This document shows positions 45,075 through 54,327 of a stretch of 64,000 nucleotides of DNA, piece after piece. A program made the position numbers and the translations under genes. Origin of the DNA: an uncultured Azospirillaceae bacterium (GTDB lineage Bacteria > Pseudomonadota > Alphaproteobacteria > Rickettsiales > UBA3002). The notes under the pieces were generated by a model that was given only the letters and a program-made list of their open reading frames with translations, did not search any database and was not told where the DNA came from. Position 1 is the first letter of the stretch. Each line of letters starts with the position of its first letter. The DNA lies in the NCBI GenBank assembly GCA_964352815.1, contig CAYGTO010000003.1:69015-133014 (forward strand), given 5' to 3'.

Positions 45075-45638
45075 TTACTTCGCCCGCTCGACATAGGTAT
45101 TATCCGCGGTGTTCACCACCACTATCTCGCCTGACTCAATAAAGGGCGGGACCATAATCCGGATGCCGTTTTCAAGCACAGCCGGCTTGTTCGAGGACGC
45201 CGCCGTCTGGCCTTTGACCACCGGATCAGCTTCTTCGATTTTGCAGGTGACTTTTTCCGGAAGCTCCACGCCAATCGGTTTGCCCTCATAAGACTCGATC
45301 TTCACGATCATCCCATCGGTCAAATAGGCCGCATTATCACCGACAAACTCCTTGCTGATATTGATCTGCTCATAGGTGGTTTGGTGCATAAAGACGACAT
45401 CCTCGCCTTCCTCATAAAGATAGGAATATTCGTCCTGGTCAAGGCGCACACGTTCGACCGCCTCGTCAGAGCGGAAACGCTCATTCAATTTCGTGCCATC
45501 GGTCACGCATTTCATCTCGACCTGGTTGAATGCGCCGCCCTTGCCGGGCTTGACATGCTGCGTTTTGGTCACCACCCACAGCTTGCCTTTGTGCTCGAGC
45601 ACATTGCCAATCCGCACCGATACGCCATCAATTCTCAT
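45075..45638 (-). CDS. efp: elongation factor P
   Basis: [23 protein letters not shown]...[16 protein letters not shown]. The start is set at ATG 45638. Confidence 0.9.
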   Translation of the reverse strand: MRIDGVSVRIGNVLEHKGKLWVVTKTQHVKPGKGGAFNQVEMKCVTDGTKLNERFRSDEAVERVRLDQDEYSYLYEEGEDVVFMHQTTYEQINISKEFVGDNAAYLTDGMIVKIESYEGKPIGVELPEKVTCKIEEADPVVKGQTAASSNKPAVLENGIRIMVPPFIESGEIVVVNTADNTYVERAK

Positions 45639-45714
45639 TACTAATCCTTTGGTTTGTGTTATTCTGTGTAGATATATCGAATTTCCAAATGAAAGCAACC
45701 AAGGAAAGAAAACG

Positions 45715-46098
45715 ATGGTTGAGAACAGTCATGAGCTGGATGAATGCGGCGTTTTTAATGAATCGGGCGACCCAAAGGCCGAGGATGTGACAATCACATT
45801 TCGTGATAACGCCGGAGCAGAACATTCCTTTAGCGTGCACTACACAGTCGTCGATGAGATTCACGAAATCTTTGCTGGCTATGGCGTTCCTAAGATTGAG
45901 GAGGCACGTGATATTTTGGTAGAGCATGCGCCAAGAGACATTCAAGCCGTGATGAATGGGCTTGATATTGATGCACTCAAGAAAAGCACGCCACCTTTAT
46001 GTGGCACCCCTCTATCGCCGTCAGCGTCTAGAGAAGCGCCTGAGCAAAGCCCTCCACCGCTGCCCCGGCCCCGTCCGGATGGCCCCACACGCTCGTGA
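45715..46098 (+). CDS. hypothetical acidic protein
   Basis: ATG 45715 is preceded by AAGGAAAG. The Pro-rich 3' tail overlaps the convergent thiE by ~70 nt, so the true end is doubtful. Confidence 0.35.
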   Translation: MVENSHELDECGVFNESGDPKAEDVTITFRDNAGAEHSFSVHYTVVDEIHEIFAGYGVPKIEEARDILVEHAPRDIQAVMNGLDIDALKKSTPPLCGTPLSPSASREAPEQSPPPLPRPRPDGPTRS

Positions 46099-46831
46099 TC
46101 GCAGCAATGAAATCCGCCCCGGCCTTGACCATCGGCGTGCAATTTTCCGGCGTCATGCCGCCAATTGCGACGCAGGGAATTTCCGTATAGATGCTCCACC
46201 ATTCCAGAATCTCGGTGGTTGGCGTGCCATATTTCGCAAGCTTTTCGGGTGCTTTCGACTGGGTCGGGTGAAAGGCGCCGAAGGCGACATAATCGGCACC
46301 CGCTGCCGCTGCATCCATCGCCAAATGTTTGCTATCGTGGCAGCTTACGCCAAGAATCGCCTCTTCCCCCAGAAGCTCGCGCATCCGCGCCACTGGCCAT
46401 TCCGCCAGATCTTCCTGCCCGAGATGCACCCCGTCGCAGCCGAGCTGCTTCGCAAGATCCGGCCGGTCATTCATAATAAAGGCGACCTCATACTCCTGAC
46501 AAATCGGCAGGAGCGCTTTCGCCGCCTCGATGATTTGATCGTCCGTCGCTGGCTTCGCAATATCACTCGGGTCCTTCAAGCGGAGTTGGAACGCGCCGAT
46601 GAGGTTTGTGGCTTCCGCACTGTCATCCCGGCGCATGCCGGGATCCGGGGCTTCACCCACTATCTCATTTACAGCCCCAGACCCCGCAACAGGTGCGGGG
46701 TGACAATTTGAGGATTGTTGTGCATCCGCGACACCCTTCCCCGCCCCGAGCGCCGCGCGAAGCTGCGCCGAAAATGCCTCTAATTCGAGCTGCGGCGGTG
46801 AAATTAGGTAGAGATAACAAGGCTCTGTCAT
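46028..46831 (-). CDS. thiE: thiamine-phosphate synthase carrying an in-frame repeat-element insertion
   Basis: LYLISPP...FQLRLKD...FIMNDRPDLAKQLGCDGVHLGQEDL...GVSCH...GADYVAFGAFHPT...IGGM. aa 43-71 (CHPAPVAGSGAVNEIVGEAPDPGMRRDDS) are encoded by element copy H. Confidence 0.85.
   Translation of the reverse strand: MTEPCYLYLISPPQLELEAFSAQLRAALGAGKGVADAQQSSNCHPAPVAGSGAVNEIVGEAPDPGMRRDDSAEATNLIGAFQLRLKDPSDIAKPATDDQIIEAAKALLPICQEYEVAFIMNDRPDLAKQLGCDGVHLGQEDLAEWPVARMRELLGEEAILGVSCHDSKHLAMDAAAAGADYVAFGAFHPTQSKAPEKLAKYGTPTTEILEWWSIYTEIPCVAIGGMTPENCTPMVKAGADFIAAITSVWGHPDGAGAAVEGFAQALL
46621..46705. repeat. palindromic element copy H, inside the thiE reading frame
   Basis: TGTCATCCCGGC-gcat-GCCGGGATCCGGGG...ACCCCGCA-acagg-TGCGGGGTGACA. 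It has the GTCAT/(G)TGAC termini and the GGATCC core of the family, and two perfect hairpins (6 and 8 bp). Confidence 0.8.
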
Positions 46832-46921
46832 TTTTTTAGCAAACCTTCATAAAACTGAAACATAGCGCTGTTATGACATAGCAATCAAACAAGCAGAGGG
46901 CAATGGTTTGTTGTTTTCAGT

Positions 46922-47395
46922 ATGAGCAATATTAACGAATTTTGTGGTGTAGGCATTATCTGGGGATTTGATCCTGGCAATCGCAGAATCTTTGCCAAAG
47001 AGGTGATTGAAGGTTCGGCCGCAGCGCTAGAAGGGCTTCAAAAAGGTGATGTGCTCCTCGCCTATCAAAACGAATCGCGCCATGGCGAAAACGCAGAATG
47101 GCTAGCACCTGAATATGATCCAGATCGTAACATTCTAGAGGATCTTGATGTCATGTATGCTTATAACTCAGATTCTCGGGGTATGGAAGGCTCAAACGTT
47201 AAGATGCGCATTGCCAGAGGTGAGGGATCTGATAGTTTTGACACTGATTGGATGACGCGGGGCTTCGTACATCGCGCCGCGCAGGAACCTCATGCCGATC
47301 ACACCCACTGCATGTTTATTGTAGAAGGTGATGAGGCCGGGCACGGGTTACCGCTATCATTAGTGGCAGCTACGCCGCCTTATAAATCGCGATAA
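46922..47395 (+). CDS. hypothetical PDZ-like domain protein
   Basis: GVGIIWGFD...IFAKEVIEGSAAALEGLQKGDVLLA resembles a PDZ carboxylate-binding loop and helix. The 3' end overlaps the convergent fba by 26 nt. Confidence 0.45.
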   Translation: MSNINEFCGVGIIWGFDPGNRRIFAKEVIEGSAAALEGLQKGDVLLAYQNESRHGENAEWLAPEYDPDRNILEDLDVMYAYNSDSRGMEGSNVKMRIARGEGSDSFDTDWMTRGFVHRAAQEPHADHTHCMFIVEGDEAGHGLPLSLVAATPPYKSR

Positions 47396-48296
47396 TCTCT
47401 TTGAACAAGGCAAGTGCTTCTTCGCGCGGGCGTTGGAAGCAGTTGCGACCAATGATCGAACCATCGCCGCCGCCTTGTGCAATCCCACGAATTTCCTCGA
47501 GTACCGCATCATTGCCTTTCGCACCACCGCCTGAGAAAATCACTAAACGGCGGCCGCCGAAGGTGGTTTGCTTCACATGCGCAATACGCTCTTTGAGGGT
47601 GCTGACCGGAATCTTTTCTGACTCATAGACTTTCTTCGCTTCGTCCAAACCGAGCGCATCGGTTGGCGGTTTGACCTTAATAATATGCGCGCCGAGCAGA
47701 GCCGCCATATGCGCCGCATAGGCACAAATATCGACCGCCGTTTCGGCTTCTTTCGTGAGGTTGCCGCCGCGCGGATAGGACCATACAACAACCGCCAGTC
47801 CCTTCGCTTTTGCTTCGACCGACAGGTCGCGAATCTCTTCCGCCATGTCATAAAATTTCTCTGAGCCCGGATAAATGGTGAAGCCAATCGCTGAGCAGCC
47901 AAGACGCAGTGCATCATCGACGCACGCCGTCACCGCCTGATTCGGGCCATCGGGATGGGTCGCGAGCGAGTTCGCACTGTTCATTTTCAGAATCAGCGGT
48001 ATTGCGCCGGCGAATGAATCGGCACCGGCCTCAAGCATCCCGAGCGGCGCAGCATAGGCGTTCAAGCCTGCTTCGACCGCAAGCTGAAAATGGTAATGCG
48101 GATCATACGCCGGCGGGTTCTTCGCGAAACTACGCGCCGGGCCATGTTCAAAGCCCTGATCGACCGGAAGAATCACCATTTTCCCCGTACCCGCGAGCTT
48201 CCCCTGCATCATCATGCACGCCAGATTGGCCTTGGTTCCCGGGTTATCCGCCTCATACCATGAGAGAATTTTTTTGACTTTTTGCGTGACCTTCAT
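47370..48296 (-). CDS. fba: class I fructose-bisphosphate aldolase (FbaB/DhnA type)
   Basis: MVILPVDQGFEHGP...PLILKMN...HIIKVKPP (Schiff-base Lys region). The start is set at ATG 48296, which has an AGGAG SD. Confidence 0.85.
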   Translation of the reverse strand: MKVTQKVKKILSWYEADNPGTKANLACMMMQGKLAGTGKMVILPVDQGFEHGPARSFAKNPPAYDPHYHFQLAVEAGLNAYAAPLGMLEAGADSFAGAIPLILKMNSANSLATHPDGPNQAVTACVDDALRLGCSAIGFTIYPGSEKFYDMAEEIRDLSVEAKAKGLAVVVWSYPRGGNLTKEAETAVDICAYAAHMAALLGAHIIKVKPPTDALGLDEAKKVYESEKIPVSTLKERIAHVKQTTFGGRRLVIFSGGGAKGNDAVLEEIRGIAQGGGDGSIIGRNCFQRPREEALALFKEIIAIYKAA

Positions 48297-48395
48297 CGAT
48301 CTGCTCCTGAATGTTCTTTTTTGTCTGTTTAACGAGTCTTCAGGCAAAACACGATAGCGATTGTGTAACTTTACACAATGAAATCTTTAACACCT

Positions 48396-48473
48396 TCATC
48401 CTGAACAAAGCGAAGGATCTATTCTTCGGGTGGCGCCATAGATCCTTCGTCAGCTTCGCTTCCTCAGGATGAC
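48396..48473. repeat. short-form palindromic element, copy I
   Basis: TTCATCCTGAAC...CGAAGGATCTAT-15 nt-ATAGATCCTTCG...CCTCAGGATGAC. It lies between the gloA stop and the fba start. Confidence 0.85.
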
Positions 48474-48480
48474 GGGTCTG

Positions 48481-48936
48481 CTACCAGCTCCCCGTATTCT
48501 CCATACTCGCCCAGGGCTCGGCGGGCGCGAGCGCATCGCCCTTCTGCAAAAGCTCGATCGAGATGCCATCAGGCGAGCGCACAAACGCCATATGGCCATC
48601 GCGCGGCGGGCGGTTGATGGTGACGCCGCCATCCATCAGTCTCTGGCACAGCGTGTAGATATTCTCAACGCGGTACGCCAGATGACCAAAATTGCGGCCG
48701 CCCGTATAGTCTTCACTGTTGCCATTCTCATCCGGCCAGTTATAGGTCAGCTCGACCAGCGGCGACTTCGTTTCCTTCGCGCGCTCCGCATCTCCCGGCG
48801 CGGCAAGGAAGACAAGCGTAAAGCGCCCCTTCTCATTGTCATAGCGCCTGGTCTCCAACAGCCCCAGCTTGGTGCAGTAAAAATCAAGCGATGCGTCCAA
48901 ATCCTTCACGCGCACCATTGTATGTAAATATTCCAT
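48481..48936 (-). CDS. gloA: lactoylglutathione lyase (glyoxalase I)
   Basis: [20 protein letters not shown]...ELTYNW...FGHLAYRV...[27 protein letters not shown]. Confidence 0.9.
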   Translation of the reverse strand: MEYLHTMVRVKDLDASLDFYCTKLGLLETRRYDNEKGRFTLVFLAAPGDAERAKETKSPLVELTYNWPDENGNSEDYTGGRNFGHLAYRVENIYTLCQRLMDGGVTINRPPRDGHMAFVRSPDGISIELLQKGDALAPAEPWASMENTGSW

Positions 48937-48967
48937 TGAGCCTCCTTGGTTGAGATGTCAAATACTC

Positions 48968-49039
48968 GTCATGCTGAGCTTAGCGAAGAATCTATTCGAG
49001 CAATATAGATTCTTCGTCGTGTACACTCCTCAGAATGAC
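48968..49039. repeat. short-form palindromic element, copy J
   Basis: GTCATGCTGAGC...CGAAGAATCTAT-9 nt-ATAGATTCTTCG...CCTCAGAATGAC. The stem carries a paired G>A / C>T change relative to copy I. The right terminus contains the last 3 codons and the stop of the 49030..49350 ORF. Confidence 0.85.
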
Positions 49040-49350
49040 GCAGTAACGTGTTTCAATATGATCTGTTTCTGCGCTGCCATGTCCTCAAGTTTTATCGCAT
49101 AGTCGCGATCGCCACGAAACACCAAATGCGGCAATCCTTCTTGAATCGCCATCATGCAGCCGCCCACATCATCGCCGCAATCTGTCCAAAGCGTGAACGT
49201 TGTGCCAGGCTGTTCCTCTTTCGCAATCTCGATCATCTCGCGAATGTAGAGCGGCCCGAGCGAGCTCACGGCCGATTCAGGCGTGGTCATTTCTGTTTCC
49301 CCTGCACGCAGCGCTTCAAGCAACTCATCCAGCGACGCGGCAATCCGCAT
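49030..49350 (-). CDS. hypothetical protein
   Basis: 106-aa ORF that overlaps the pgk 3' end by 26 nt. No motif recognised. Confidence 0.5.
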   Translation of the reverse strand: MRIAASLDELLEALRAGETEMTTPESAVSSLGPLYIREMIEIAKEEQPGTTFTLWTDCGDDVGGCMMAIQEGLPHLVFRGDRDYAIKLEDMAAQKQIILKHVTASF

Positions 49351-50557
49351 TGTCTTTTCCTTGGTTGGCCATCAACGCGCTGACACCGGGAAGCTCTTTG
49401 CCTTCCAGCCATTCGAGGAACGCGCCACCTGCCGTTGAGAGATAGGTGAATTGTTTCGACAGGCCGGCATGTGACAAAGCTGCGACCGTGTCGCCACCGC
49501 CAGCAACGGTTTTGAGTGCATCCGCTTCGGTCAGTTTCGCCGCCATCCGCGCGAGCATCACCGTGGATGCATCAAATGGGTTGGTCTCGAACGCGCCCAC
49601 CGGCCCGTTCCACACCGCGGTTTTGCAATCCGATAATGCCTGACACCACGCCATCACCGTTTCCGGCCCAACATCAAGCATCATGCTTCCCGGCGGAATA
49701 TTCGCTACATCAACAACCTGGCTTTTCGCATGGGCCGCGAATTGGTTGGTGACGATGGCATCGGTGGGCAGGCAGATCTCGCAGCCCGCTTTCTCCGCTT
49801 CACTCAGAATCTCAAGCGCCGTATCTTTCAAATCGGTTTCGCACAGCGACGCGCCAATATCAATCCCCTGCGCGTGCAAAAATGTGTGCGCCATCGCGCC
49901 GCCAATGATCAGCTTGTCGACCTTCTTCACCAAATTTTTCAGCAGCGCTAGCTTGGTTGAAATTTTAGAACCACCCACCACGGCTGCGAGCGGACGATCG
50001 GGCTGGTCAAAGAGCTGAGCGAGCATGGTCACTTCTTCCTGCATCAGCTTACCCGCCGCCGATGGAAGATGTTTGGCAATGCCAACAATCGAGGCATGGG
50101 CGCGGTGCGAACAGGAGAACGCATCATTGATATAGACATCACCGAGCGCTGCCATATGTTTCGCAAAGTCCTCGTCACCCGCCTCTTCTTCGGGATGAAA
50201 ACGCAGATTCTCCATCAGAATCACCTGGCCCGGCTTCGCCCCTTCAATCGCGCGGCGGGCGACGTCACCGACGCAGTCCGGCGCAAAACGGACATTGCGA
50301 TCCCACAGCGCTTCGCTAAGCACATCCACCAGCGGCGCAAGCGACAGGCTTAAATCGACCTTGCCGTTAGGCCGGCCAAGATGAGAGAGAATAACCACTT
50401 TCGCATGGCGCTCAATGAGATATTGTAATGTCGGAATCGCACGAATGATACGCGTATCATCGACCACGCGCCCCGCTTGCATCGGCACATTCAGATCGAG
50501 CCGCAACAGCACGGTCTTATTCGCAACATCGAGCGTATCAAGCGATGGTAAAATCAT
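49325..50557 (-). CDS. pgk: phosphoglycerate kinase
   Basis: LLRLDLNVP, ILSHLGRP, GGAMAHTF, TAGGAFLEWLEGKELPGV. Confidence 0.9.
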   Translation of the reverse strand: MILPSLDTLDVANKTVLLRLDLNVPMQAGRVVDDTRIIRAIPTLQYLIERHAKVVILSHLGRPNGKVDLSLSLAPLVDVLSEALWDRNVRFAPDCVGDVARRAIEGAKPGQVILMENLRFHPEEEAGDEDFAKHMAALGDVYINDAFSCSHRAHASIVGIAKHLPSAAGKLMQEEVTMLAQLFDQPDRPLAAVVGGSKISTKLALLKNLVKKVDKLIIGGAMAHTFLHAQGIDIGASLCETDLKDTALEILSEAEKAGCEICLPTDAIVTNQFAAHAKSQVVDVANIPPGSMMLDVGPETVMAWCQALSDCKTAVWNGPVGAFETNPFDASTVMLARMAAKLTEADALKTVAGGGDTVAALSHAGLSKQFTYLSTAGGAFLEWLEGKELPGVSALMANQGKDNADCRVAG

Positions 50558-50580
50558 GGATTGTGGTGTAGCACAGATAC

Positions 50581-51612
50581 CTACTGGCTGGCAACCAATT
50601 GTGCCATATCAAGCATGCGGCAGCTAAAGCCCCACTCATTATCGTACCAAGCGGCCACACGCACCAAATTGCCATCTACTACCTGCGTGCCGTTCAGATC
50701 AGCAATTGAGCTCGCCGGGTGGTGGCAAAAATCGATAGAAACAAGCGGCTCGTCCGAAACTGCCAGCACGCCTTCCATATCGCCTTTCGCTGCGGTCATC
50801 AGCGCAGCATTCACGATCTCCGCGCTGGTCGCATTTTTCACCGTTACCGTCAAATCAACGAGCGAAACATTCGCGGTTGGCACACGAATCGCGCTGCCCG
50901 TCAGCTTTCCTTGTAGCTGCGGCAAAACGAGGCCAATCGCCTTCGCTGCACCGGTTTTCGTTGGCACCATCGACAGCCCCGCCGCACGCGCACGTTGCAA
51001 GTCTTTATGCGAACCATCGACCAAATTCTGATCCCCGGTATAGGCATGGATGGTCGTCATCACCCCAGCTTCAATACCGAACGTATCATCCAGCACTTTC
51101 GCGATCGGCGCCAAACAATTCGTCGTGCAGGAGCCAATCGAAATCACATCATGAAAACTCTCGAGCGCGTCATTGTTCACTCCGTAAACAATGGTTGGGC
51201 ATTCGTCTTTTGCTGGCGCAGAAATCAACACTTTCTTCGCACCTTGCTGCAGGTGGACCTGGCAATCGGCCGCCGTCGCGAACTTACCGGTGCATTCGAG
51301 CACCACATCGACGCCCAGCTCACCCCACGGAATGTCTTTCGGCTCACGCGTATGAAACAACGCCATGGCCTGCTTACGATCACCGAGCGACATCACGATT
51401 GTCTCATGACCATCTTTGGTTTCGCCCGCTTCCACCTCGCCAGCAAACCGGCCATGCACTGAATCATATTTCAGCAGATGCAGGTGTGTCTCAATCGCCG
51501 CCGGGCCATTGACCGCGACAATCTCAATGCCATCGAACCCTTCTTCCAATGCCGCGCGCATTACGCAGCGGCCAATGCGCCCGAGTCCGTTAATCCCTAC
51601 TTTAATGGTCAT
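50581..51612 (-). CDS. gap: glyceraldehyde-3-phosphate dehydrogenase
   Basis: MTIKVGINGLGRIGR, catalytic SCTTNCLAP, WYDNEWGF. The start is set at ATG 51612; the track's 22-aa extension is read-through into repeat copy D. Confidence 0.9.
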   Translation of the reverse strand: MTIKVGINGLGRIGRCVMRAALEEGFDGIEIVAVNGPAAIETHLHLLKYDSVHGRFAGEVEAGETKDGHETIVMSLGDRKQAMALFHTREPKDIPWGELGVDVVLECTGKFATAADCQVHLQQGAKKVLISAPAKDECPTIVYGVNNDALESFHDVISIGSCTTNCLAPIAKVLDDTFGIEAGVMTTIHAYTGDQNLVDGSHKDLQRARAAGLSMVPTKTGAAKAIGLVLPQLQGKLTGSAIRVPTANVSLVDLTVTVKNATSAEIVNAALMTAAKGDMEGVLAVSDEPLVSIDFCHHPASSIADLNGTQVVDGNLVRVAAWYDNEWGFSCRMLDMAQLVASQ

Positions 51613-51633
51613 ACATTCACTCTTTCTGTATAT

Positions 51634-51789
51634 TGTCATTGCCACGTGCCGAGTGCAGAAGCACGAGGTCACAGGCAATCCAGGAAGAAAATGTCAGGAG
51701 ACATTTTCTGACGCTAAAAATCTTCTGATTTTTAGCTATTCTGGATCCCCGGGATCGTTTGCCTACTGACATACACCCCGAGGATGACA
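51634..51789 (-). repeat. long-form composite palindromic element, copy D (inverted relative to A-C)
   Basis: Its reverse complement starts with the same 14 nt as copy C (TGTCATCCTCGGGG). It shares CCGGGGATCCAG, has 10-bp hairpins at 51713-51736 and 51686-51709, and the right module ends CGTGGCAATGACA. It sits in the tkt-gap intercistronic spacer. Confidence 0.9.
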
Positions 51790-51791
51790 GT

Positions 51792-53834
51792 TTAAGTTAG
51801 TTTCTTCTCCACCGCCTCGACAATCGCCTCCGCGGTGATGCCAAAATGTGCATATAGCTCAGGCGCTGGTGCCGATGCGCCAAAGCCATCCATGCCGATA
51901 AACACACCATCGCGGCCAATGTAGCGCTCCCAGCCAAAGCCAGATGCTGCTTCAATCGCGACTTTTAATATGGATGCGTCACCCAACACCTCTTGCTTAT
52001 ATGCTTCCTCTTGCGCTTCGAACAGCTCCCAGCATGGCATAGAGACGACACGCACTTTCATACCTTTCTCACGTAGCGCCTTCGCAGCTTCCACGCAGAG
52101 ATGGGTTTCGGAGCCCGTGCCAAGCAAAATCGCTTGCGGGTTGTCATCCGAATGTTCACACATGATATAGGCGCCATTCGCGCATAGATTTTCATCGCTC
52201 ATCTGGCTTCGTAAATGCGGCAAGCCTTGGCGCGATAGGGCGAGGATCGATGGGGTATCCGTCGCTTTCAGCGCCAGCTCCCAACATTCGGCCGTTTCGC
52301 TCGCATCGCATGGGCGGAAGACATTCACATTCGGCATGGCACGTAAGGAAGCGACATGTTCAATCGGTTGGTGCGTCGGACCATCTTCGCCAAGCCCAAT
52401 CGAATCATGGGTCATGACGTAAATCACTTGCTGCTGCATCAGCGCCGAAAGGCGAATCGCCGGACGGCAATAATCGGTGAACACCAAGAACGTCCCGCCA
52501 TAGGGCACAAAGCCGCCATGCAGCGCGACGCCATTCATCACCGCCGCCATGCCATGTTCACGAATCCCATAATGAATGTAGCTACCCTCATAATGCTCCG
52601 CGCTCACCACCGCCATCTCTTTGGCTTTGGTATTGTTTGATCCCGTCAAATCGGCCGAGCCGCCGAGTAAATTATCGAGCTTCGCATGCAGCGCATCGAG
52701 CACATTTTGCGATGATTTACGCGAGGCTTCTTTAGGCTGCGATTCTGCCAGTTGCTTTTTCAGTGCGGTGACCACTTCACTCACCGCCGCTTGATTCACC
52801 CCAGCGAGAAACGCATCAAAACGCGCCTTTTCCGAAGAGGCTTCATAACGCTGCGCCCAGGCCTCGTGGGCCGGCTTACCAATATCATTCGCGTGACGCC
52901 AGCTCGTGAGAATCTCTTCTGGAATCTCGAATGGCGCATGGCTCCAGCCCATCGCTTCACGCGTGCCAGCAATTTCTTCATCCCCGAGCGGTGCACCATG
53001 GCTCGCTGCCGTGCCCGCCTTGGTCGGCGCGCCTTTCGCAATCGTCGTCTTGCAACGAATCAATGTCGGCTTGTCGCTCTGCTTCGCCGAGAACAGCGCC
53101 TGCGCAATTTGCACCGGGTCGTGCCCATTAATGCTCGTTACGTTCCAACCGCAGGCTTCAAACCGCTTCGTATGGTCTTCCGAGGTTGACAGCGAGGTCG
53201 GGCCATCAATCGAAATGCCGTTATCATCAAACAACACGACGAGTTTCGACAAGTTCAAATGCCCTGCGAAAGAAATGGCTTCTTGCGAAATCCCCTCCAT
53301 CAGGCAGCCATCACCGGCGATGACGTAGGTATGGTGGTTGACCAAATCATCCCCGAAACGTGCGTTCAATAAACGCTCGGCAAGCGCCATACCAACACCG
53401 TTCGCAAGCCCTTGGCCTAGCGGCCCCGTTGTGGTTTCAATCCCTCGCGCATGGCCAAACTCTGGATGTCCGGCTGTACGTGCGTTTAGCTGACGAAACT
53501 GCTTAATTTCATCGAGGGTAATATCTTCATAGCCGCTCAAATACATCAAGGCATATTGCAGCATCGAGCCATGGCCGGCCGAGAGAATAAACCGGTCGCG
53601 GTCAGGCCATGCCGGGGCGGCCGGGTCAAATTTCAACACATCTTGGAACAACACCGTCGCGACATCGGCCATCCCCATCGGCATGCCGGGGTGCCCAGAA
53701 TTCGCGGCCTGCACCGCATCCATCGACAAAGCGCGAATCGCGTTGGCAAGTTCATCATGCGTCACCTCATGGTGAGCCGACGGCGTGGTTGCGGATGAAG
53801 ACACAGGCACCTCATTTTGTTGCGCCGGAATCAT
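51792..53834 (-). CDS. tkt: transketolase
   Basis: SGHPGMPMGMADV, the TPP-binding GDGCLMEGIS, and EDGPTHQPIEH. Confidence 0.9.
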   Translation of the reverse strand: MIPAQQNEVPVSSSATTPSAHHEVTHDELANAIRALSMDAVQAANSGHPGMPMGMADVATVLFQDVLKFDPAAPAWPDRDRFILSAGHGSMLQYALMYLSGYEDITLDEIKQFRQLNARTAGHPEFGHARGIETTTGPLGQGLANGVGMALAERLLNARFGDDLVNHHTYVIAGDGCLMEGISQEAISFAGHLNLSKLVVLFDDNGISIDGPTSLSTSEDHTKRFEACGWNVTSINGHDPVQIAQALFSAKQSDKPTLIRCKTTIAKGAPTKAGTAASHGAPLGDEEIAGTREAMGWSHAPFEIPEEILTSWRHANDIGKPAHEAWAQRYEASSEKARFDAFLAGVNQAAVSEVVTALKKQLAESQPKEASRKSSQNVLDALHAKLDNLLGGSADLTGSNNTKAKEMAVVSAEHYEGSYIHYGIREHGMAAVMNGVALHGGFVPYGGTFLVFTDYCRPAIRLSALMQQQVIYVMTHDSIGLGEDGPTHQPIEHVASLRAMPNVNVFRPCDASETAECWELALKATDTPSILALSRQGLPHLRSQMSDENLCANGAYIMCEHSDDNPQAILLGTGSETHLCVEAAKALREKGMKVRVVSMPCWELFEAQEEAYKQEVLGDASILKVAIEAASGFGWERYIGRDGVFIGMDGFGASAPAPELYAHFGITAEAIVEAVEKKLT

Positions 53835-53979
53835 ACAAGTTTTCCGTCACTTGCAAAGCAGAAAATCCGTAAAGTGAATGGTTGGTGATAACCCCGGTTT
53901 TTATTTTGTCGGAAATGAGAGGCGCTGCTATTTCTCTTATCAACTTAGTTCAACAGCCACTTCTAACCGACTTAGTTTT

Positions 53980-54327
53980 ATGTCTTCACCGCTCGAAACC
54001 GCGACTCAGCATATGCAACAAGCGCTTCACCAGCTAGAGCAGCGCATTGAAGGGCTGTGCGCGAAGGTTGAAGAAAGCGACGCGCGCGAGGCGAAAATTC
54101 GCAGCGAATGGGAAGAGCTGTGCGAGTCGCTGGAGCATGACATCACCGCGCTGAAAGAAGAGAATGCAACAATTCGTGACGAGAATGTACAGCTAAGTAA
54201 CCAGCTTCAGGAGTTGCAGCAAGACTATCTCGACCTGCAGCAAGTGACCGATAGCGTTTGTGACCGCCTCGATACGTCGGTGACACAGATGGACTTGATC
54301 CTTGAACATGCGGAGGCAAGCGCATGA
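53980..54327 (+). CDS. coiled-coil protein upstream of zapA (ZauP/DUF4164-like)
   Basis: 115 aa with heptad-rich sequence. ATGA overlap with the zapA start. Its position matches the ZapA-upstream protein of Caulobacter. Confidence 0.6.
   Translation: MSSPLETATQHMQQALHQLEQRIEGLCAKVEESDAREAKIRSEWEELCESLEHDITALKEENATIRDENVQLSNQLQELQQDYLDLQQVTDSVCDRLDTSVTQMDLILEHAEASA

Noticed and set aside
51613-51678. 22-aa N-terminal extension of GAPDH (MPVTSCFCTRHVAMTIYRKSEC).
   Set aside because: The extension is encoded by repeat copy D. The same peptide-like string appears from copy A at 223. MTIKVGINGLGRIGR at 51612 is the canonical GAPDH N-terminus.
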